From: a virus
Taxonomy: Duplodnaviria > Heunggongvirae > Uroviricota > Caudoviricetes
Direction: 5' to 3' (one strand)
DNA: 64,000 nucleotides
Virus record (IMG/VR): IMGVR_UViG_3300028591_000125
The translations under genes and the position numbers were made by a program. Below, piece after piece: positions 46,720 to 55,356 of the stretch. Numbering within the stretch: position 1 is the first letter of the stretch; every line of letters starts with the position of its first letter. The notes below the pieces were generated by a model, which made no database searches, was not told the DNA's origin, and saw nothing but the letters and a program-made list of their open reading frames with translations.

Positions 46720-47170
46720 CGATACCTTAATAAAATACGCATACAAAATGGGCTATAAAGAAGTTTGGCCTGATTTTGTTATGAAAATGAAGGAACGAAT
46801 GATAGATATGAAGCTCGGTTTTCCAGGGATAGGAAACAACGACCTAACTCTTCTAGAATATGGAAAACTGGGCATAGGAGATTTATTTATATATGATCCC
46901 TATGTAGAAGTTCCTCAGGGTATTGTCTATGATGAAGCTCCAGTTATGTTGAGAATACTGGAAGACGGGTTAGGATATGTAGAAGGTATTGGAAAAGGAG
47001 ATGATAGTATAAGAGATCCTTACCGAATAAATATAAGATGGAGAGATACTGTACAATTACCTCCCCTAAATCCAGAATTCTTAGTATTCAGAGTAGATTC
47101 AAGACCAACTATGAATGGAGGGTCGGCTTATTACTACTTCTTTAAAGCCTATCATGATAACAGAACTTAA
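46709..47170 (+). CDS. hypothetical protein
   Basis: 153 aa ORF. Confidence 0.5.
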   Translation: MVNDDTLIKYAYKMGYKEVWPDFVMKMKERMIDMKLGFPGIGNNDLTLLEYGKLGIGDLFIYDPYVEVPQGIVYDEAPVMLRILEDGLGYVEGIGKGDDSIRDPYRINIRWRDTVQLPPLNPEFLVFRVDSRPTMNGGSAYYYFFKAYHDNRT

Positions 47171-47176
47171 AATAAG

Positions 47177-47581
47177 ATGACAACAACGGTATATTTGATT
47201 TTAACAGGGATTAGTTTATTCATATTTTGGTTAGGTCTTTGTAGTAGGAAAGCTTTATATTATGAAGGAGAAGAGGAGGGATGGTTATATCTAAAGAATG
47301 CAGTTCCAGAAAATATAGTGTGGAAGAGAAAAAAATCCCCTATATATTTATGGATTCTTATTACATTTTTTGGATTAATCCCCTCTGCAAATATAATTTT
47401 AGCGCTACTATTAATATTTGTTAATTTAATTGGAGCAATAATATTAGTTTTTGATAAAAATTACTGTTCAATGAGTATTTTTAGTAGCTGTTTCTGGTTC
47501 ACTCAGATATTTTTAAAAATGTCTTGGAATAAAACTAAATTTAAAACTAAATTTATAAACTTTTTAAAAAAAGAAATTTAA
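47177..47581 (+). CDS. membrane protein
   Basis: 134 aa ORF with three hydrophobic helices. Confidence 0.5.
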   Translation: MTTTVYLILTGISLFIFWLGLCSRKALYYEGEEEGWLYLKNAVPENIVWKRKKSPIYLWILITFFGLIPSANIILALLLIFVNLIGAIILVFDKNYCSMSIFSSCFWFTQIFLKMSWNKTKFKTKFINFLKKEI

Positions 47582-47583
47582 TT

Positions 47584-47781
47584 ATGCACAAGAAGCTCAA
47601 AAAATTGTTAAAAGAAGCCGAAGAAATGTTAGGAAAAGAGTTCACAGAAATTATTGAAGTGAATGAAAACAAAGTAATCGGAAAAAGGATCGATAAAAAA
47701 GGAAAAAGAAAATTTCAAACTACGGTGACATTAGATAAAAGTAAACACCAAAGAAATATTTCAATTGTCCCGATTAAATAA
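47584..47781 (+). CDS. hypothetical protein
   Basis: 65 aa ORF followed by a hairpin and T-run at 47790..47820. Confidence 0.45.
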   Translation: MHKKLKKLLKEAEEMLGKEFTEIIEVNENKVIGKRIDKKGKRKFQTTVTLDKSKHQRNISIVPIK

Positions 47782-48099
47782 AAAAAAATAGAGAGGAAAT
47801 TAAATCTTCTCTTTTTATTTTGAAAATAAAATGGGCTAATGCCCTATTAATAATTTTGTTATTTTTATGTCGAGTGGTACTCAGAGGGGGATGCTTTGGA
47901 AGAAGCTCCCTCCTTTCCCACAAATTGTTTTTTGTGTCGAGTGGTACTAAGAGTTTTTATAAGGCAACAACTATAACTCCGTTCCCACATGGTTTTTTAT
48001 GTTGTTTAAATTAAAATGTGTAAAAATAATCCTAAGCTATTGCATTACGCGGCTTAGGTTTTCTTTTTTGTTTCATATATAAGGCTTTCAGTACCTTTT

Positions 48100-48330
48100 C
48101 AGACGGCCTTATTTTTGTGTCAATTTTTAATGATTTTCTTCTATTTTATCTATTTAGCTGAGGCCGGTCGTGGCCAGAACTCAAATAAGAGCGAAATTTT
48201 ATAACCTACTCTTTTCTTTTAAACCATGATATCGTTTTTACGACTGGATATTTTTACTAAAAGAATTTTCGATAAACTCTGTAAATTTAAGTTCTGAGAA
48301 CCAATCTATATAACCGGCCTCAACCCTATG
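48100..48330 (-). ncRNA. candidate structured RNA (nested inverted repeats)
   Basis: GAGGCCGGT (48143..48151) pairs with ACCGGCCTC (48313..48321). CAGAACT (48160..48166) pairs with AGTTCTG (48291..48297). A promoter motif is immediately upstream at 48335..48350 and there is no ORF. Confidence 0.35.
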
Positions 48331-48403
48331 TATTTCTCTACATATATAAGGCTTTTAGTACTGTTTTGGGTGGAAAATAAAAGAGGCCTTTAAACCTCTT
48401 TCC

Positions 48404-48478
<75 letters not shown>

Positions 48479-48598
48479 CTATTCTAACATATATAAGGAT
48501 TTCAGTATATTCTAAAACAAAAAAAAAATAAACTAAAGGGACCACAATGGATCCCTAAAGTATAACAACATCAATAGATAATAACATATATAAGGATT

Positions 48599-48784
48599 TC
48601 AAACAGAACAACTGGTCTCTGTATCAAGTATCCAATATTCCTCACAATTATCAAAATCGTTCGCTGATAATTCTTTATTTAATCTTTCTACAGTTTTCTT
48701 TGCTTCCTCTAAGTTATCTGTAGAAATTCCAGTCTCTAGAATCATATCTCCCTTTACAATTTGATATTTATTCATAGTTTTCAT
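48599..48784 (-). CDS. hypothetical protein
   Basis: 61 aa ORF. Confidence 0.4.
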   Translation of the reverse strand: MKTMNKYQIVKGDMILETGISTDNLEEAKKTVERLNKELSANDFDNCEEYWILDTETSCSV

Positions 48785-49038
48785 TTTATTTCTCGTCTAT
48801 CTTTATATTCATAGTGATACGAACGAAATGAAGTTACATTATTATAATTTATTCGAAGAGTATTTTTAAGTGATTCTTTTGACATAATTTTCAATACCAT
48901 CTTTCGTGATAATTTTTTTATTTGTTTAAATGAATATAATGTAAAAGTATAGTTCGCACCTAAAAACTCTTTAGTAAATTCTATATAATAATAATGACTT
49001 GGAGTTTTCGCTTTATATTCTGTAACGTAAATTTTCAT
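48781..49038 (-). CDS. hypothetical protein
   Basis: 85 aa ORF. Motif rc at 49040..49054. Confidence 0.45.
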   Translation of the reverse strand: MKIYVTEYKAKTPSHYYYIEFTKEFLGANYTFTLYSFKQIKKLSRKMVLKIMSKESLKNTLRINYNNVTSFRSYHYEYKDRREIK

Positions 49039-49054
49039 AACATATATAAGGAAA

Positions 49055-49082
49055 TAAAAAGATAGAAGTTAATCTATCTCTT
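49055..49082 (-). terminator. intrinsic terminator; stop codon of 49069..50202 sits in the hairpin loop
   Basis: Minus-strand AGATAGATTAACTTCTATCT followed by a T-run. Confidence 0.55.
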
Positions 49083-50202
49083 TTATAGTCCAACCATAAG
49101 GGCAACCACTATTACTATTTAAAGGAATATCTTTAACTTTTCCTTTATTATATATTATACCATGAGTAGATACATTTTCTAACCAGTTAAGAGTGTTATG
49201 TTTATCCCATAACTGAGTTGTGTTTATGGTAATAGTAATATTGTTTAATGATGTACAACCATTGAACATACTACTATAACAATGATTAGCCAAAGTAGTA
49301 GCATGTAATTCAGGAGCTTCCGTTAATGAAGTACAACCTTCAAACATACTAAAATAACAATGATTAGCTAAAGTAGTAGCTGGTAATTGAGGAGCACTTT
49401 TTAATGATGTACAATTATCAAACATATACGCATAACAACTCTCAGCTAAAGTAGTAGCGGGTAATTCAGGAGCAGTTTCTAATGATGTACAATCATAAAA
49501 CATACCAGTATAACAACCCTTAGCTAATTTAGTAGCTGGTAATTGAGGAACACTTTTTAATGAAGTACAAATAGCAAACATCCGAGAATAACAACCCTTA
49601 GCCAAAGTAATTGCCAGTAATTGAGGGGCTTCTGTTAATGAAGTACAACCTTCAAACATACCATTATAACAATAATCAGCTAATGTAGTAGAAGGTAATT
49701 TAGGAGTAGTAGTTAATGAAGTACAATCCCGAAACATATTACTATAACAATACTCAGCTAAAGTAGTAGCAGGTAGTAGTTGTGGGGCTTTTATTAATGA
49801 AGTACAATTATAAAACATACCAGCATAACAACGATCAGTTAGAGTAGTAACAGGTAGTATTAAATTAGATGCATCAAGTAAATAACTAGTAGAGTAATAG
49901 CTATTCGCAAATAAACGATAAAAACAAGCACTATTACCATTAAATTTTGTCTCATCTCCCGTAAACTTATCTCCATATATCAGTGACATTATATTTCCAC
50001 TAACATTAAAATAAGTTTTACAATTTATACGTGAAACTGAGGTTGATCTTAAATACAGTTTTCTTTTATGAAATTTTAATTCTTGTTTATTTAATGCAAC
50101 CCAGTTCACTGTATCAAAGGAATATTCTATATTCTTTCCAATTATTTCTAGTATATTAATTTGTTTAAAAGCTAAATTCTCTATACAAAAATAATTTTTC
50201 AT
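49069..50202 (-). CDS. DUF285-type (MFxxCxSL) leucine-rich-repeat protein
   Basis: 377 aa ORF with about eight tandem 24-aa repeats of the form LPATTLA..CY..MF..CTSL..AP. Confidence 0.6.
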   Translation of the reverse strand: MKNYFCIENLAFKQINILEIIGKNIEYSFDTVNWVALNKQELKFHKRKLYLRSTSVSRINCKTYFNVSGNIMSLIYGDKFTGDETKFNGNSACFYRLFANSYYSTSYLLDASNLILPVTTLTDRCYAGMFYNCTSLIKAPQLLPATTLAEYCYSNMFRDCTSLTTTPKLPSTTLADYCYNGMFEGCTSLTEAPQLLAITLAKGCYSRMFAICTSLKSVPQLPATKLAKGCYTGMFYDCTSLETAPELPATTLAESCYAYMFDNCTSLKSAPQLPATTLANHCYFSMFEGCTSLTEAPELHATTLANHCYSSMFNGCTSLNNITITINTTQLWDKHNTLNWLENVSTHGIIYNKGKVKDIPLNSNSGCPYGWTIKEID

Positions 50203-50219
50203 AACATATATAAGGAAAA
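50203..50219 (-). promoter_or_regulatory. same motif on minus strand (reads CATAACATATATAAGGAAA on plus) at start of 49069..50202
   Basis: Identical arrangement at 12124, 12520, 17225, 49038 and 53065 on minus. Confidence 0.6.
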
Positions 50220-50220
50220 T

Positions 50221-50252
50221 AAAAAAAAAGACCTAGAAATTAATCTAGATCT
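50221..50252 (-). terminator. intrinsic terminator of 50261..50443
   Basis: Minus-strand hairpin AGATCTAGATTAATTTCTAGGTCT followed by T9. Confidence 0.55.
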
Positions 50253-50260
50253 CTTTTATT

Positions 50261-50443
50261 TTACTGTTCGTCATTTGTAGAATTCACAATGTTTTTCTTT
50301 TTAGCAAGATAACCACAAATTCCACCCAATACAAAACCGGCACCTGCAAAAATAGCTGCCACTTGATTAGTACAGATAAGAACAATCTCTGTAACTACTG
50401 CTGCTACTCCAATTCCTAGAGCAATCCACTGTTTTACTGTCAT
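50261..50443 (-). CDS. small two-helix membrane protein
   Basis: 60 aa ORF with two hydrophobic segments and a charged C-terminus. Confidence 0.45.
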   Translation of the reverse strand: MTVKQWIALGIGVAAVVTEIVLICTNQVAAIFAGAGFVLGGICGYLAKKKNIVNSTNDEQ

Positions 50444-50534
50444 ATTATTTATATTTTAAAGGTTAATTACATTTATAAGGATTTCTCGGCTTCTAAGGTG
50501 CAAAAAAAATAAGATAGAATTTAATCTATCTTAG

Positions 50535-50619
50535 TGGACAGGGAAGGACTTGAACCTCCAGAGCCGTTAAGGCACCTGATTTACAGTCAGGCCCGCTACC
50601 AATTACGGTATACCTATCC
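50535..50619 (-). tRNA. tRNA-Tyr (GUA), long variable arm (bacterial type)
   Basis: Reverse complement has acceptor GGATAGG/CCTGTCC and anticodon stem CCTGA/TCAGG with loop CTGTAAA, a 17-nt variable arm and T-loop TTCAAGT. The D-arm is atypical. Confidence 0.65.
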
Positions 50620-50644
50620 ATCATATTTATTATTTCATATTTTG

Positions 50645-50720
50645 CGGCCTTTCTTGGATTCGAACCAAGGACACCTTGATTAACAGTCAAGTGCTCTAAA
50701 ACCAACTGAGCTAAAAGGCC
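50645..50720 (-). tRNA. tRNA-Asn (GUU)
   Basis: Reverse complement: acceptor GGCCTTT/AAAGGCC, anticodon stem CTTGA/TCAAG with loop CTGTTAA, T-loop TTCGAAT. Confidence 0.75.
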
Positions 50721-50727
50721 AAATTTG

Positions 50728-50802
50728 TGGTCCTTGAGGGACTTGGACCCCCGACCCTCGCATTATGAGTGCGGTGCTCTAACCAAACTGAGCTAAAGGA
50801 CC
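50728..50802 (-). tRNA. tRNA-Met/Ile2 (CAU), elongator-type
   Basis: Reverse complement: acceptor GGTCCTT/AAGGACC, anticodon loop CTCATAA. The T-loop TCCAAGT deviates slightly from consensus. Confidence 0.6.
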
Positions 50803-50865
50803 TCGAAGTGCAAATACAGAGAAGGAGATTAAGCGAAGAAAAATTCTGTATAAGCACCTCTTTTG

Positions 50866-50946
50866 TACTTCCGGTGGGATTCGAACCCACAATGCTTTCG
50901 CACTGCATCCTAAGTGCAGCCTCTATACCAATTCGAGTACGGAAGC
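50866..50946 (-). tRNA. tRNA-Leu (UAG), type II
   Basis: Reverse complement: acceptor GCTTCCG/CGGAAGT, 3-bp D-stem, anticodon stem CTGCA/TGCAG with loop CTTAGGA, 12-nt variable arm, T-loop TTCGAAT. Confidence 0.7.
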
Positions 50947-50952
50947 GTTTTG

Positions 50953-51026
50953 AGCAGAAGATGGGATTCGAACCCACGAGATCCTGCTTGGAAGGCAGGT
51001 GCACTAGGCCTCTATGCGACTTCTGC
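50953..51026 (-). tRNA. tRNA-Gly (UCC)
   Basis: Reverse complement: acceptor GCAGAAG/CTTCTGC, anticodon stem CCTGC/GCAGG with loop CTTCCAA. Confidence 0.75.
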
Positions 51027-51042
51027 TTAATTCTTGTTTTTG

Positions 51043-51127
51043 CGGAGAGGGAGGGATTCGAACCCCCGGACCCGTGAAGGTCGGTGCTTTTCAAGAGCAC
51101 TGCCATAAACCACTCGGCCACCTCTCC
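51043..51127 (-). tRNA. tRNA-Ser (UGA), type II
   Basis: Reverse complement: acceptor GGAGAGG/CCTCTCC, anticodon stem GTGCT/AGCAC with loop CTTGAAA, long variable arm. Confidence 0.75.
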
Positions 51128-51135
51128 AAATTTTG

Positions 51136-51210
51136 TAGCCGGTAGGGGATTCGAACCCCTGATTTTGAGAATGAAAATCTCACGTCCTAGGCCAACTAGA
51201 CGAACCGGCC
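51136..51210 (-). tRNA. tRNA-Glu (UUC)
   Basis: Reverse complement: acceptor GGCCGGT/ACCGGCT, anticodon stem TGAGA/TCTCA with loop TTTTCAT, T-loop TTCGAAT. Confidence 0.7.
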
Positions 51211-51607
51211 AATTATTATTATTCACTAATTCTAAGAAATTAGTTTTCATTTTCACAACTATAAGGAATTTAAGGGATTTCAAGTGCAAAATAAAAGGGA
51301 ACATTTAAGCTTCCTCTTACCAAACACATTAATATTAAATCATTGACATATATAAGGATTTGAGATGGATAAAAAAATACTACCCAAATTTAATCGGATA
51401 GTATTTTCTCAACACATTAAATCTTATAATTATGACATATATAAGGAATTCAAGGGATAAAAAAAAGAGAGGACCCGTTAAGATCCTCCCCATGCAGAAA
51501 CAGTAACTTATTACACATATAAGGAATTCAAGGGAAATAAAAAGAAGGACCTAAAATTAGATCCTCCCTTTCTTAAAAACTGTAACTTATGGACATATAT
51601 AAGGATT

Positions 51608-52666
51608 TCAAAGCTTTCCAGATATAATTGTACTAGTTATTAAGTCCACTATATTTTCTAGGTCGCTTTTCTTTACGATCTCATTACTACTATGCATACT
51701 TAAGAGACCGAAACTAAGAAGACCACATTCACAATCACCTGCAAAGTCCTGGAATGATTTAGTATTAGTTCCTCCCGCTCTAGTAGTATAAGTTTTAGCG
51801 GGGATTTCATTTACCCTAGCTTGTTCTCTAAAAAGTGTACATAATCTTTCACTTTTTTCAGGACCGTAAGCAATCAAAGCCCCATCTCCCAAGTTTATAT
51901 CTAGATCTTTAAACTCGCTTCCACACAATTCAGTATCGGCAAAGGTACAATCAATGTCTATACTAATATCTGGGTTTATGTTTCTAGCCATTCTTTTAGC
52001 GCCATTTAAACCCGTCTCTTCTTGTGTTGCTGCGCCGAAATAGATGTCATAGTTTTTTGCGTCGTATCTCATTCCGGCCAATTTTTCGAGGACTTTAGCA
52101 ACGATCCATACACCACCTTTATCATCTAGTCCTGTTCCTCTTATATATCCGTTTCCAAAATTAGTCTCGATTTCTGGCCGGTATATTATCAAGGCCCCAG
52201 GAAACACACCGAATTCCTCAGCTTGTTTTTTGTCTTTCGCTCCTATATTAATTCGAAAGTCTAACCAATCCCCAAGCTTTTTTCTATCGGTGTCTAAATG
52301 AAGGGCCTGTTTTTGTACGACGCCTGGAATTCTTTTATCACCGGCGCATACTATAACATTTCCAGATACCAAAGACTTCAAACAGATTCCGGCCGACTGA
52401 GAAAACATTAAAGTTCCCTTATCCGTTATCTTAGTTACTCTTCCGCAAACTGTATCGATATGTGCTGAAATTAGGATCTTAGTTTTGTTTTCACCTTCTC
52501 CACTATATTTCCAGACTGAGTTACCTATTTTGTCTGTATAATAATGTTGAAGTGAGATCATAGGGTTTTTCGCTTGATCCTCCATAAACTGATCCCAAAC
52601 ATTAATAGCATCTCCTTCTTTACTGCTAGGAGAAACAGCCAAACAAAGATCTTCTAATAATTTCAT
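51608..52666 (-). CDS. M42-family (FrvX/YpdE-like) metallo-aminopeptidase-like protein
   Basis: 352 aa ORF. The N-terminus LLEDLCLAVSPSSKEGD...ILISAHIDTV is M42/M20-like as I recall the family. Confidence 0.5.
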   Translation of the reverse strand: MKLLEDLCLAVSPSSKEGDAINVWDQFMEDQAKNPMISLQHYYTDKIGNSVWKYSGEGENKTKILISAHIDTVCGRVTKITDKGTLMFSQSAGICLKSLVSGNVIVCAGDKRIPGVVQKQALHLDTDRKKLGDWLDFRINIGAKDKKQAEEFGVFPGALIIYRPEIETNFGNGYIRGTGLDDKGGVWIVAKVLEKLAGMRYDAKNYDIYFGAATQEETGLNGAKRMARNINPDISIDIDCTFADTELCGSEFKDLDINLGDGALIAYGPEKSERLCTLFREQARVNEIPAKTYTTRAGGTNTKSFQDFAGDCECGLLSFGLLSMHSSNEIVKKSDLENIVDLITSTIISGKL

Positions 52667-52669
52667 AGT

Positions 52670-53065
52670 TTAATTTTTATTTTTATTTTCAATTTTTTCG
52701 TATAATGCTTTCTTTTCTTTCTCAATCCTTTCTCTACATCTCGGGCATAAAGTTCTATACCATCCGAGAATAGGTTTATTTTTTACTTTTTTCGGATTTG
52801 TATAACCACATTCTTCACAGGTTATTTCAGATTTCTTTTCAGCTTTGTCAATAAGGTCATAAATTTCTTGAGGCGCTGAAGATACATAAAACCTAAGAGT
52901 TCCCCATTTTTCTTTTACTTGGAGAATTTGAATAGGGCTGTCAGGATTTTTTTCATTATACTCTTTAATTTTTTCAATAAGCGGCTCATAAATTTTTTTC
53001 CAACCGCTTCCACATTCTATACCAAAAAGTTCGAATGGGTGCTTAATTATTTTATTTTCTTCCAT
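52670..53065 (-). CDS. zinc-ribbon protein
   Basis: 131 aa ORF with CEECGY...CPRCRE. Promoter motif at 53069..53080. Confidence 0.5.
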   Translation of the reverse strand: MEENKIIKHPFELFGIECGSGWKKIYEPLIEKIKEYNEKNPDSPIQILQVKEKWGTLRFYVSSAPQEIYDLIDKAEKKSEITCEECGYTNPKKVKNKPILGWYRTLCPRCRERIEKEKKALYEKIENKNKN

Positions 53066-53184
53066 AACATATATAAGGAGTTTAAATTGGGTTTTTGCAG
53101 AATAGATAATCTTAATACCTTATATAAGTACGGAGAATATTAAAGCTCCGTATAAATTTAAAAATAACAAAATAAAAATATATT

Positions 53185-54831
53185 ATGAGTGAATTTGAAA
53201 ATTTAGGAAAGCAAGATGAAATTAAATTGCTTAAATTCCCAGAGTGTATTCGAGCTAGAATAGGTATGTATTTAGGGGGCACTGAGTCTACCGATACATT
53301 ACTTAGAGAGATTGTCGATAATTCTGTGGATGAGTGTTACGTAGCTGCTAATCAGATTATAATTGATCGAGATATGAATGACTATATTCTAGTAGCAGAT
53401 AATGGTAGAGGTTTAAATATTGAATACTCTAAAGAACTACGTGATGGACAACCTGTAGTACAAGCAGATCTATCTATTTCAGAACTTCATTCAGGTTCTA
53501 AGTTTGTAGATAATAAACAAGCTACCGTTGGGATGAATGGGATAGGCTCTTCTGCGGTAAATGCGGTTTCCCAGAATTACATATTACTTTCTAGAATCAC
53601 TCCAAATAATTTTGATAAATCTACTAAAGAAGTATACGATTTATGGAATTCAGCTGGTCCTCGTAGTAAAAAAGATCTATTTTATATTGTATGGTATAAA
53701 AAGGGTTATAAATATTACGAAGGTGCTCTAAAGAAGGCTGATATAGAAAAATTGGTGTTTACGGAAGGAAAGAAAAAACGCGGAGCAACGTGGAAAGAAT
53801 TACCTTCCGGGATGTCAACGATTGTATTATTTCAGCCTGATTCCGATATTTTTGATAAGTCTGCATTAAAACCAGAATTACCAATAAAGAATTTACAGTA
53901 TTTTCTACTTATACAAGAAAAGTTTTATAAGAAGAAAGTTACTATAGATCTTGAAGGTACTGTTTTTACTAGTGCAGATACAACAACTTATCAATTTGAA
54001 TTCACAAAGAGATTAATACCAGAAGATACTAGCTTAAATGAACAGCTTGATCTTTATATAACGTTTGAAGCTGATCCTGAGTTAAATCCAAAAGTATATA
54101 CAGGTTCAGTTAATTCTTTGAATGTAGACTCTGGAGTTCATATTAGTTGGGCAGAGAGTTGTTTTATGGAGGCACTGAAAGCTGAATTTGGAATTAAACA
54201 CAAATATCTTACAAATGGATTAAAGATGTGTGTTGTAATTTTAGCAAGTGAGGCTGTATATAATTCTCAAACTAAAGAGAAATTAAAAGGATTAGCAAAA
54301 GTAAAACAATCTGACTTTGCACCACTGATTAAAGAGTTTCAGAGAATATTCAGAAAAAATCTAGAATATTGGAGTGAGCATGTAAATAGATTAAATTACT
54401 TAGCTGACTCTATGAAACATCTTGGTGCTGCAGAGAAAGCCCAGAAAATAATGGACGATGCTGCAGGTCGTGGTATGTATAGATCAAAAGCTGATCTAGT
54501 TGATGGTTTTAGTGATGCAACAGCTGGTCCTGATGATAGATGGAATTGTTCTATTTTTCTCACAGAGGGGGCATCAGCCGCAGGCGGCTTAAAGGCTGCA
54601 AGAAAAACAACCAAGTATGATGCAGTTATGCCACTACGAGGAAAAGTTAAAAATGTTTGCAATGATAATGCAAACCAGATGATGGACAATAAAGAATTTT
54701 ATACTATATTTAAAGTTATAGGACTTGGTATAGATATTAATAATGTCACATCAGGTTGTGAAACACCAGAGCAAGCATATGAAATGATAAAACAAAAAAC
54801 AAGATTTGGCAAAATAATTATAGCAACGGAT
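53185..54831 (+). CDS. type II DNA topoisomerase large (GyrB-like ATPase/TOPRIM) subunit, exon 1 of 3 (T4 gp39/gp60-like)
   Basis: GHKL ATPase N-terminus followed by the TOPRIM region EGASAAGG...KIIIATD. The reading frame runs into an in-frame stop 23 codons after the conserved D (KQKLSENIEIYSENPIVAENSR, stop). Confidence 0.75.
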
Positions 54832-55142
54832 AAACAAAAGTTGTCCGAGAATATAGAAATATATTCTGAGAATCCCATTGTTGCGGAAAACTCTCGTTAG
54901 GCTAAAAGTACAGTAAAGTGTAATAAGTTTTTAGATAGAGACAATTCGCTTAATTATAAAATTTTATAATTGACAACGACTATCCAGAAATGGAGTAGAG
55001 TAATAAGTCTTTTATGATTACTCGAAAGATGGGACCCCTAACGTAAAGACGAGGGTGATGATATAGTCTTGACACGCTCAGAGATGAGGTGAGATCTTAA
55101 CTGATCTATATTAAGAGTAGGCGACTTAATATAAAAAATTCG
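54832..55142 (+). mobile_element. group I intron 1 (311 nt, no ORF) in topoisomerase gene
   Basis: Exon ends in U and the intron ends in G. Candidate IGS GUCCGA at intron +11 pairs with exon ACGGAU. Exon junction is IIIATD|ADEDG. In-frame stops are at 54898 and 55128. Confidence 0.65.
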
Positions 55143-55356
55143 GCTGATGAAGATGGTCTTGCCATCCAAAACGGATTGATGTATGCATTTATGAAGTTTG
55201 CCAGATTTATGATAGATTTTGGTTTAGTTTATATAGCTGAATCACCAATATTTGAACAGAATGGACAATATTTTTATCCAAGTAGTGAAAGACAGGCTGG
55301 AACACAGTTTCCAGTTGGTCTAGATACATCAAAACATTTTAGACGTTTTAAAGGGT
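55143..55356 (+). CDS. topoisomerase II large subunit, exon 2
   Basis: Encodes ADEDGLAIQNGLMYAFMKFARFMIDFGLVYIAESPIF...RFKGL. This matches GyrB [37 protein letters not shown]...RYKGL. There is no start codon between the upstream stop and DEDG. Confidence 0.7.

Noticed and set aside
47820-48014. ORF 47820..48014(+), 64 aa
   Set aside because: It falls in the repeat and hairpin-rich gene-less stretch with no start motif, so it is probably non-coding.
50711-51308. ORF-track ORFs 50711..51304(-), 50769..51077(+), 51084..51308(+)
   Set aside because: They lie entirely over the seven-tRNA cluster. Their translations are the tRNA stems read as protein (e.g. GFEPT, GSNP repeats).
54832-55142. Intein or translational bypass (as in T4 gene 60) instead of an intron
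   Set aside because: The insert has in-frame stops and no protein-like frame, so it is not an intein. At 311 nt it is far longer than the 50-nt T4 bypass. It obeys the group I U/G boundary rule, has a plausible IGS, and is homologous to the ORF-bearing intron 2.
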